Positions 52,474-64,000 of a stretch of DNA of 64,000 nucleotides are shown here, in pieces. The position numbers were made by a program, and so were the translations under genes. The stretch comes from Octopus vulgaris (lineage: Eukaryota), in NCBI GenBank assembly GCA_951406725.2, contig OX597816.1:125488001-125552000 (forward strand), written 5' to 3'. The notes beneath the pieces are model-generated. The model did no database searches, had not been told where the DNA came from, and was given only the letters and a program-made list of their open reading frames with translations. Position 1 is the stretch's first letter; every line of letters begins with the position of its first letter.

Positions 52474-53450
52474 TATATCTCTTTCCTTTTCATATATTGT
52501 ATAGCAATTATCAAGAAAATAAAGAATATTGGAATAACCTACTTATCTTCCATACGACAGATAAAAAACATGAATAGCAGGGTCGTATAAAAACAAGGAG
52601 TTTAATAATTGATACAAAGGTACTGTTTGATGTGTTTCGTGAATTTCAACAAATTCAATCTTCAACATTTAGAACTTACTATAAAGTAATCATAAAATAG
52701 GCACTAAAAACGTCTGAGTTTTGTACTAATTTGCACTAACGGAATATACATTATAAAACACATCTACTAAACATTGTGTCATCTAAAGTTGTTTTTAGAT
52801 TAGTTAAACTAATCTTCTGCAAAACTATTTTAATATTCACACTATCTAATTAAGAATACGAGGTAATTACGTTGCCTTTTACCAGTACACACACTTTTAT
52901 ATTATTCATTACTGTTTAACAAACCAAAACAAATGAAGTTATATTTACGTTACAGTTTGGCATTATAAGTACCGCGTGATACTTTCTGTAATATATCGTG
53001 AATAGTCCTTATTCCAAGAATGCGAGAAATAAATAATTAAGGATAACCTTTGCATTAAGTTTGTTAGTGTATGATGTTATTTGTACATGGTTTCTATATA
53101 TACCAGAAATTTGAAATGATTAATTGTAAACATTTGCTTGATGTCAGAAATGGCAGTCACAAGAGAAATGCCTTTTGGTATTTACATTTTTGTTTCATAT
53201 CCCATATCGTTGAATATATCGTTTCAATATCTCAAGTGTTAATAAAATAAGTGCCATTCCCGTATTGAAAGTATTCAATCGGCTATATTGGCTCGCTTAT
53301 ATGTTATAGTCTGCCATAGTAAGATAATATTATTTCCTTATTCAAGAGAATTTGCTCATTGGTATTATGGACGTAAGCATCGTTCTGTGGGTAATAATGC
53401 GGTACCATTTAACAGTGCGGTAACTTCAGATAGTATTAGTTACCCTTTCT

Positions 53451-53661
53451 AAGGCGATGAGTTGGCAGAATTATTACTGCGACGGGCAAAATGCTTAGCA
53501 GCATTTCTTCCGTCTCTACGTTCGGAGTTCAAATTCCGAGAGGTCGACTATACCTTTCATCCTTTCAGGCTCGATAAAATAAGTACCAGTTGAACACTGG
53601 GGTCGATGCAATCGACTTACACTTACCCCCAAATTGCTGGCCTTGTGCCAAAATTTGAAAT
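53451..53661 (+). mobile_element. SINE family A, best-preserved copy
   Basis: ggcgatgagttggcagaa...ggagttcaaattcc...cctttcatcctttcaggctcgataaaataagtaccagttg...ccaaaatttgaaa. Confidence 0.9.
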
Positions 53662-55541
53662 CATTATTCAACATATCTACGAATTGAGGAAGTGGTATTA
53701 GGCAGACGGAAACTATGCGTGACGCAATTAGACTATGCTCGTTCTTTATTGGTAAACCTAATCTGTCACACAGTAAAACAACACTACTTGGCCGTTGGAA
53801 GTCTTTAAAGTCTCTAAGCTTGAAATTATTTAGTTTCGGTCTCCGATATCAGCATAATTAGATATTTTGGTATACTGCTTCTTATTTCCACAACTCTCCT
53901 ATTTGTCGTGCTTTTTCATCTCTTCGCCGCCGCCAACAGTTTCAGATGTTCTGCACATGACATCAAAGCTGCTCTTCCTCATTTCATTAACTCGTTAAAA
54001 ACAAACCTAACGAATCGTGAAATAAATATTGGCTATGGAAATACTCTAGAAACGTGTTGTAGAGAGTGAGTTATAATCTACTAAATATTTCATATCTTGC
54101 CAACGAAGCGTTCTTCCTGAAACGTTGACCTTCGCTTTTCCTCAACATAAAATTAATTCCGCTCTTTGCACTTGTGTTATTTGCCAATACAGAAGATGAT
54201 GAGCTCCTTCAGATGTTACTGCCTTACAAAATAGGGGTTAGTTAACTTCATGTAATTAACTCATAAAATAATATTCACAGCTGCTCGAATGAATAGAAAA
54301 CTCAATCACCAGCCAAAATTCCATTATTTTGATTTTGTCACAACGATTTGCTATGTTCATTATTCAAGACTTTAAACACATACTAAGATTAAATGAAAAT
54401 GATCAGATACGGCTCACTAATATAAAATGTGGAATATTATATACTCAGCAACTGCTAAATTATCTTGATTAATCTTTAGTAGCTTAGATTATTTCTTAAC
54501 AAAAAGTTGGCCCCTCCGTTCTCCTCCGATCTGCTAAAAATAGAATCCATATTTTTCTCAGTTTACATTCTATCCCTATTAAAAGAATTCATTTGATAAT
54601 GTGCACTATACTTGAATACGAAACAGGATAGTTATAATTGGGAGGTTAAATAGTATGCCGAAAATATATGTCTCCCAAAGCAGTTGAAGTGAGGGTAGAC
54701 AACAATGATTAAAAGCAAATCTGATGATTCATTTCATATCACTTATTCGTAAAACCTATCCATGTTTAATCGATGATATATATATATATATATATATACT
54801 ATGATAAGCGTAATTCTGCATTTAATACATTTGTAATCTTAGGTTGTCTTTAAGAATAAAAAAAAATGTAATACGTGTGATAACATTTACGCGATAATTT
54901 CTCGAATTAGTAGTTCTGAGATTCACAGGCGTCAGAAAGATAGATGAAATTGTTATCACTGGTGTTTTCTAATTTTCATTAACAACGGAAACAAAGCGCA
55001 GCCGAATCAGGCTTGCTTAATTGTACGATAATAGCTTTTGTAAATGATTAAGTATATCGTAACGTTATTTGGGGTTCTCAGCATTTTTATCAGGATATTC
55101 AGAGATATATCAGGATAGTGGATGTTAAATCTATAAGAGCACATCCGTGATGTTTAGTTTCATTTCTTTATGTTCCCAGTCAAATCATCCTGAAAATGAC
55201 ACTGTATTTTATGTTTACGATTTTATAAAATACTACAAGTCAAGTACATAATCCGACTTAATCAAATGTGCACTACCAAGCAATTTTTAACTCTGTTACA
55301 AATATAATATTACGAGATATTTATGGACATTACAGCTCATAAGTGACTGAGACTAGGAGAAATATCATTCAGTAGTGATCCGAGTTTAAATCCCAGGGTT
55401 AAGCGTTTTTCTTCCATTTTATTCCTACATTTGATACAATAAGAGCCATATATTTACTGGATTGATTTAATCAACTGTATTTCACTGTAAATATTCTAGT
55501 TTTATACCGCTATTCGAAATTAATCCTATATTTATATATGC

Positions 55542-55591
<50 letters not shown>

Positions 55592-56840
55592 TTATGTATG
55601 TATTTATGTATGTATGTGTGTATGTATGTATGTATGTATAGATGCATGCATACGTTTGTATATAACTGAATATATCTATGGATATTTTACATTTATATGT
55701 GTGTGTGTGTATTTGCTGAAGGGTAATGCTTAGAAAAATATCAGTTATACATAAAAACCTCAGTTAAATGCATCTTCGTCTTTTTATTTCTATCTGTGTA
55801 TACAGATAAGTGATACACATATTTGTTTTTATGTAGTATTATATGTACATGTACGTACATCTACGTATGCATATGTGTGTGTGTTTGTATGTATACATAT
55901 ACATATACATAAGTATGTATATCTTAAAAGTTGCAAATCGATAAAGTCTTTACGAATTTTGAAAGAGCGAAAGCCTTTCAATTTCCTGTGAATCCATATT
56001 AGCGTTCAATGATAAAAGTTTAACTTTGTACTCTCCCTTTCCTTTCACCTTTTCAATCTTATCTCTACAGTCTATAACGCCATCTATGCAAACGGTCTGA
56101 ATCAATCCAAATTAGCGTAAATATTATCGAAAGAGTTATACCAAATATTCTGATGCATATAATATTTGCTACTGTTCTTCTGTTAGAGCATGATGTTGAC
56201 ATCAATATGTTTAATTTGTTGTTTCTACTCTTTAATTTTTCTTCAAACAATGCTAAACGTGTATCTGATATGAAAGTAAATCTACCGACTATTACAGATT
56301 CTGAAAAATATCTATGTCTTTGCGATTATCTTGAAATAGTATTCAGAATTCCGCATCAAAGTTAACTTAAATAATATTAAGGAATAGCATAAATATATTT
56401 ATTACTCATAATCTATAAATATTGATTCACATTGAATATCAATAACTTTAAGTATTTCATCGTTATCCTGTTTTTCCGGAATTATGAACTTTATCTTCAA
56501 CAGATTTATTTGAATCTTCTTTTCTTCTTTTACTTCTTTCATAAAATAAATCACACAAACATTTCTTTTTTATTTGATAAAGGAAAATACTTAAGGTTTT
56601 ATGGGCTAAGACCTATATAACTATTTCCTCTAAACGCATTGAGAAATTTCCAGTTACTTATTAGCCCCTTTACGCGTTTCTGAAACATGTCTCCAGTATC
56701 AGAGTAGCTTTTGAAATTCATAAGGTTAATTTCATAAATTTGTAACAATTGGTTTTTCAAAACATAATATTGCTAAACCCAAAAATTTTCGTGATTATTT
56801 CTTGTTCACATTAAACCAGATTATCTTTCGAAATGTTGCA

Positions 56841-56871
<31 letters not shown>

Positions 56872-56915
56872 TATGTGTATATATATATATATACATATTT
56901 ATATATATAATACAA

Positions 56916-56953
<38 letters not shown>

Positions 56954-56987
56954 TTAATACATATATATTTATATATCTATCTATCTA

Positions 56988-57025
<38 letters not shown>

Positions 57026-57292
57026 TTATATATATATGTATGTATGTATATGTGTATGTATATGTATATGTATATGTGTATACAAATATATATATATATC
57101 AAGACATTCATACGTATTACATGTATATACATATATATGTGTGTTGTGTATGTGTGTGCTTGTGTGTGTATATGTGTATGTGTGTAATCAAACAGATTCC
57201 AAAGTGTCTGGTGTTGGTCTGCATCGCAAGGCTTATATCATGTACTATAATCGATAAAAAGAATACAGTGAACTTGCCAGGAGGGGTGAAAA

Positions 57293-57329
57293 TTTCAACG
57301 TTTTGGACAGTGCCCTTCTTCAGAGAAAA
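57293..57329 (-). ncRNA. Degenerate minimal hammerhead (PLE-type)
   Basis: Minus strand ttttct-CUGAAGA-a-gggc act gucc-AAAA-CG-UU-gaaa; G12 replaced by A, stem I imperfect. Confidence 0.5.
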
Positions 57330-58384
57330 GTTGAAAAGAGAATAAATAAGAGACAGTAGAGTTTTATATTCTTTGAGTTAATTTAGATATACGTATGTAT
57401 GCACGTATCTACATATGGATAGGTCTATCGTGTGGAGTGTGTGTATGTGTGTTTATGTGTGTTCACTTCTAAGTATGAATTTCTCCGAATATAAGTATGC
57501 TTGTATATATGGATGTATGCATGTATATATGTATGTAGGCATGTATGCTTGTATGAACGTAGATATGTATGTAAATTAGCAGGCACATAGGCAGGCATGA
57601 GGACTAATAGTGTAGGGAATGTGAAAAGAAAATACCCAAGAAGACAGATGATATATTGTTTGATTTTTGAATATCAAAATCAAATCAGGAAAATCTATTA
57701 CTTAAATCGAAAAAAAAATAATATTTAGTTTCCTACATAATGATATGATTATTTCAAAGTTAAACAGCGTTTGTTGTTTTTCATGAATATTATAAATTTT
57801 AGGTAATTTCAAATCGATTACTATCACTGTTATAACTTACTCTATGGTATTACCGACGAAATAACACTGAATATGAAGTGTTGTTCTGTCTTCCTGTGAT
57901 GGAAACGTTTTCATTGGCAACTTCCATCTTGTGAAATCTCTCACAACTTTGCGAGATATAACCAATCGAAACTCTAGAATTCTGTTACTGAAAAGTAACG
58001 TAAAGGAATAAACTCTTTGAAACAGTTACCAATATTAATATTTAAAATGTATTCATTGTTTCCCCAGTCATGCATAATGTTGCTGAAGCTACATATGGAA
58101 TGTACCGTATATATATAATTCTCATGTCTGAAAAAATGAAAGGAAATAACATTCAAGCAATTATCATATTTGCATAAGAGGAAATAAATGAAACATTAAG
58201 AACATATTTAGCAGTTTTCAAAGCAAATATTTTACCACATATGGTAGAAAATTACTTTAGTTTAATCTACAACAATTCCTCATGCATTTTGGTAGGGTGA
58301 TTGAAGATCTGAATATAAAATGTACACCAGTATATATTTAGCATGCCTAAATTTCTTACGAAGATAGTTTGTATTTCTTTTATC

Positions 58385-58775
58385 TTTCTTTTACTTGTTT
58401 CAGTCATTAGACTGCGACCATACTAGGGCAACGCCTTGAATTTTTAGTCGAATGAATCTACCCCAGTACTTATTTTTAAAGTCTGGTACTTATTCTGTTG
58501 CTCTCTTTTGCCGAACTGCTAAGTTACGGGGAATCCAACACCTACATCGGTTGTCAAGCGGTGATGGGGGTACAAACACAGACAGAAAGACACACACACA
58601 CCTATATATATATATATATATATACGACGGGCTTCTTTTAGTTTTCTACCAAATCCTCTCACAAGGCTTTGGTTGACCCGACGCTATAGTAGAAGATACT
58701 TCTCTAAGGAGCCACGCAGTGGAACTGAACCCAGAACCATGTGGCTGGGAAGCAAGCTTCTTACCACACAGCCAC
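58385..58775 (-). mobile_element. SINE family B copy
   Basis: Reverse complement of the 49941 copy (gccacgcagtggaactgaacccagaaccatgtgg...cttaccacacagccac). Confidence 0.9.
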
Positions 58776-58999
58776 GATTTCTTGCCATATATTTTATAGA
58801 AGAAACTGCAAATATATCAGAGTACAACGGTTTATTTGCAATTTTTTGCAACAGATAACTAAATGTAATTTGGTTAATTTTCTCTTTACGACATATTTTA
58901 AAATATTACGAGGATATTTCTAGTAATTAAGTGATGCGGGAAGGGAGAGAAATATTATTTTTCTGCTTTTATATGTATATATTGTCATTAAAAGAGTGT

Positions 59000-60290
59000 T
59001 GTTGAGAGAATAAATGTGAGAGCTTCACAGTGTGAAGAAATCCTGAATCTAAGAGTAACAAACAGTAGCATGGTTTGATGAATTTTATTCAGCTGCCAGT
59101 TTAAATGTCCGAAAATGTATACCATTTATTAATTACTACTCCATTCTTGAATTCTCCCATTATCCTGTGTAAATTCTCCAGTTCCTTCTGTTTCTTTTCC
59201 AACTTATTTCGTATTCTGTTCCTCTAGTTTGGTATTTATTCTATATTTATGAAGAAATAATTATTGCTATCCATGCCGCAACGTTGACTTGTATTCTATC
59301 TACAACATTAGCAGCAGATATAATTAACTGGTTTCGTTCACTGATGCTTTTGTTTTATATACAATGATATAAAATTCAGCATGATGTGCTGTAATCATTA
59401 CATACAACTGTGTAAAATTTTTGTACACTCTCCAGGCCTGGTCATTTCCAATTTGCTATTTGTTTTAACTTCAGTCTCACTGAATACAGATCAATTCTGA
59501 CGGACTTTTGTCTTGGTATAGTTGCATGTTGTCCCTCCGCCTGAGGTAGCCACTCTGCACTTTCTTTATATCTCACTAGCCTTCCAAAATACTTTACTTT
59601 CTTCTGCATCAAGAATCCTTTTCTGACTCCATTCCCACAAAAGTACGCCTTTTATTTGATTGAAACAATCTGTTCAGTTCAAAATCTTTGCACCTAGAAT
59701 CATATCCCATCAATTTGACTTATAACGCCGTCACCTTTTGTGACAATTTTTCAAGTTCAGTTTGCTTTCCACTTTCTTCTAACCTATACTGTTCATACCA
59801 TTTATTAATTACTACTCCATTCTTGAATTCTCCCATTATCCTGTGTAAATTCTCCAGTTCCTTCTGTTTCTGTCGTCTTTCTCACACTGCACTTTTGACT
59901 TCGATTGTGATCAATGGCTTGATGACAACCTCCTGGAGCAGGATCAAACACTCCTTGCTTGCCGTGCGCGCGACACCTTCCGTGTTCACCGTTCCAGTCT
60001 CGTAAACGCAATTGTTATTATTACTTGAATATGATATCACACATTTTTAGATAGCATTTATAATGTTGTCATCACTAGGTCTAGGTGAGTTGTGAACAAA
60101 GACTCAGCGAGACCACACCTTCCCTCATATACACCCTGTTAGATAGTCGTTGACTCTCATTGGTTAATCCACTCTTTGATGCGTGTTATTTTTCTTTCTG
60201 CAAGGTGCCCAACTATCACCCTCCTAACCAAGCATACTTGGTGAGTTTGTATGTTTAGTCGCCGATAAACCTACTATTAGTAAGTTTATT
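59000..60290 (-). mobile_element. Decayed R4/Dong-like LINE, 5' part with deletions
   Basis: Minus-strand ANWK*PGLESVQKF (cf. NWKAPGPDGVQGFW) and LEKLSQKVTAL; putative leader at ~60050-60290. Confidence 0.55.
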
Positions 60291-60506
60291 TCATAACTAA
60301 TTACGGCATACACTTACCCACACCGGAAGCTCATTAGACACCCACGCCAGACCAACACAATACGAAAAGTACAAACTGTACAACTGAAAGTCCCTCCCTT
60401 CACCAGTTCTTCCCATCTGTACTTGACTTAACACACTTACCTTCATTTTCTTTATCAATAATATTCATCTAGTTATAAAAATAATTCTTATCATTGATTA
60501 ATATAT

Positions 60507-60666
60507 AGGCGCAGGAGTGGCTGTGTGGTAAGTAGCTTGCTTACCAACCACATGGTTCCAGACAAGTTTCTTCTACTATAGCCTCGGGCCGACCAAAGGC
60601 TTGTGAGAGGAAACTAAAAGGAGCCCGTCGTATATATACATATATATGTGTGTGTATGTGTGTGTA

Positions 60667-60701
<35 letters not shown>

Positions 60702-60910
60702 ATGTATGTATGTATGTATGTATGTATGTATGTATATGTTTGTGTGTCTGTGTCACCCAACATCGCTTGACAACCGATGCTGTTTACGTCCCCGTCACTT
60801 AACAGTTCGGCAAGAGAATAAGTACTAGGCTTACAAAGAGTAAATCCTGGGGTCGATTTGCTCCATGATGGCTGCAGTCAAATGACTGAAACAAATATAA
60901 ATAAATAAAA
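60507..60910 (+). mobile_element. SINE family B copy with expanded internal (TG)n(TATG)n
   Basis: aggcgcaggagtggctgtgtggtaagtagcttgcttaccaacc...gcagtcaaatgactgaaac. Confidence 0.9.
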
Positions 60911-60944
60911 GAAAACTCATGTCCATCACTAGTACTACCACAGC

Positions 60945-61460
<516 letters not shown>

Positions 61461-61467
61461 TATAAAT

Positions 61468-61895
61468 TGCTCTGGGATGGCCATATCAGAATGAGTGACG
61501 AAAGAATACTCGTGTACAATCAACATGTACAATCAACATGATATTGGGCGCAGGAATGTTGGTCGACCATGGCTCAGATATAAGGACAAGCTGAGGAGTA
61601 ACTTCTTAGCAGTCAAGACAGCTTTCAACACCTTTGAGGAAACATCCTTGGATTTAACAAAATGGAGACCGTTGTGTCAACCAACATTCATTGGCTTAGA
61701 GGTTCAAGGCAAAGGAGAAAGCGGTTGCAAATATACCACCTGCACCGACCCATAGTCTTCATAGTCGCAGCATCCGTGAGCTTCTTTGCAAATCGTTAGC
61801 AGGACTCAAATGTCACATTCGACATAAAAATTGAGTGACAAAGAGTAGATTGTCCGCTCTTCATACATCGAAACCGACCGCACTGTCAACGATGT
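61468..61895 (+). mobile_element. RTE-clade LINE 3' fragment
   Basis: WDGHIRMSDERI..GRRNVGRPWLRYKDKLR..FEETSLDLTKWR and terminal CKSLAGLKCHIRH, typical of the RTE C-terminus. Confidence 0.75.
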
Positions 61896-63037
61896 AAGCC
61901 ATCTGAAAGTTGCGAACCTGCGTAAGTCTATGTAGTTTTCTTTTGATACACAACTGTAACTATCCAGATTCTTCCTTGCATATGTTGCTTTGTGCAATCC
62001 TCCTATTGATTAATATATATTTGTCACTTGTAAAACCATTATCGTATAATCACTGATTGTTGCACATTATGGATGGAAATGTGGGATGAAAAGTTGCTGT
62101 CAACTTGCTGAATGGTATTTAGCTGAGATATAAAACATAATCGCAACTTGTCATCTATGATTGAACATATTAATCTTATTGCAATATCTAAAGTTTTACT
62201 GAGTCACAGTTATTTCTTAATATCCATGATAGTATTAGCTATCTATATATTTGCATGTCTGTCGCTTTCAAGCAAATTTTTTGTGAAATTTCAGTTTAAA
62301 GCAAGAATTGTTATAATTAATAGAGATGTTGCGTTTTAGAGAATCGCACTACTTTAGCTGCAAAATACTGAATCAATAACACCATTCAACTGTTGTACTT
62401 GACCTGTCACTTCACCTATCGCATTAAATAGAAATCTCATGACAAAATCTCATACCTGGATCATTGACTAAATACAAACGGTAACGTGAAGCATTCGATT
62501 AAAGATTAGGAACAAACACAAAATGCTTGTTTTTATATATTAGCCGTTATACACTATATACATTCTATGTTTATACGAGAGAAATTTACAACAAAGGATA
62601 ATTTCAGAATCCAGAAGCCTGAATTTTTTTTTTTTTTTTTGTTTTGCTTACGAGTTAACCGCATTTCTTAATGTCTTGTGTTTATGGCTGTCCATTCTAT
62701 GTGTTCGATGATCATGGGTAAAAGATCAGTCCATATTCTATACATCCAACTAGAAATTTTCTCTTCTCAGATACGTTGTGGACAACATTTTGATTTGGTT
62801 AAAAGATAATGGATGTTGTGGGTTCAAAGATTTCTTTTTGTTGTTTTATTCAAATATCATTGTATCTTAGATTCTAAATAGATACCTCATTCTTATTATA
62901 TTTTAGTGCACATAGGGTTAAACATTGAAATTTGTGTCATTTGAAAAACAGATCAATGAGTTGCAAGACAAACACTAAGCTATAGGAATAAATTTTCACT
63001 ATGTACATCATATACAAATTTATTAAACTCATATATA

Positions 63038-63073
<36 letters not shown>

Positions 63074-63119
63074 TGTATGTATGTATATACATGTATGTAT
63101 ATATTATATTATTATTGAA

Positions 63120-63440
63120 AGCCCAGTGGTTAGTGTCGGGTTCACAATCATGAGGTAGTGAGTTCGATTCTCGAACAGGACTGTATGTCGTGTTCTTGAG
63201 CAAGACACTTTATTTCACGTTGCTCCAGGTTACTAAGCTGTAGAAATGAATTGCGACTTCACTAGTGCAACACTGTATCGCACTTTGCCTTTTCCTTGGA
63301 TAATATTGATGTCGCGGCGAGGGGAAACTGATATGCATGGGCGACTGCTGGTCATCCATAAACAACCTGGCCAGGACTTCTGCTTCAGTGGAGAACTTTC
63401 TAGGAACAATCCTATGATCATTCATAAGGGAAGGGGTCCT
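63120..63440 (+). mobile_element. SINE family C copy
   Basis: A box gcccagtggttagtg, B box gagttcgattc, then gttcttgagcaagacactttatttcacgttgctccag. Confidence 0.8.
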
Positions 63441-63443
63441 TAC

Positions 63444-63605
<162 letters not shown>

Positions 63606-64000
63606 GAGTGAGTGAGAGAGCAGTGCATGCCATCAGAATGACACTGGGGTAAAATATACGAAGCCCAGTATACCCATCATGACTACCCATCTGATAAGGG
63701 TATACTAGGCACATGAATCACAACCATATGTGCGCGACATGCTGATCTCATATCAAGATAAACAGCACATGACCTTGCAGGTGGGGCCCAGTCAGAATTT
63801 TGTTCTGGTCGAGTAGCCCATCCCGCTCAAAAGGTCCCTGAATAAGGGTTGTTTAAGGATGTTGAATGAAACACCCCTGTTTCCAAAGGTGAATTATTCA
63901 AACCCCAAAGAATTCCTCTCAACACATGGTTATGATGCTCCCCCACTACTTCTGCTCGTGATCAGAGATGCACATATCGTCAGCCACTAAGGGACATGCT
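63606..64000. mobile_element. Interspersed repeat abutting (ATT)n and running off the window; probably R4/Dong-associated
   Basis: 63865-63940 recurs at 19966-20040 directly before an RLE fragment; sharp boundary with the ATT tract. Confidence 0.55.

Overview
AT-rich, microsatellite-dense eukaryotic (animal) non-coding DNA. The SINE families and repeat landscape look like Octopus/coleoid cephalopod; this is an inference from recall, not verified. No host protein-coding gene can be supported. Nearly all short ORFs are translations of (TA)n, (CA)n, (TATG)n, (GATA)n or (TAA)n tracts. The real content is transposon-derived: a near full-length but frameshifted R4/Dong-type RLE LINE between (TAA)n tracts (42.8-46.9 kb, minus), several older R4/Dong fragments, a Penelope-like element (RT ORF 26343-27710), a complete decayed Tc1 (DD34E) transposon with TIRs and TA TSD, RTE/Tx1/hAT remnants, and three tRNA-derived SINE families. 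The most notable observation is in the inverted 3' end of the Penelope-like element: a tRNA-like Pol III head (26178-26250, minus) points straight into an intact minimal hammerhead ribozyme (26049-26094). Further degenerate or variant hammerhead-like motifs occur in short microsatellite-embedded elements that often form inverted pairs. Also present are local templated duplications, a perfect 52-bp palindrome and a candidate recursive splice site. Boundaries of decayed elements are approximate.
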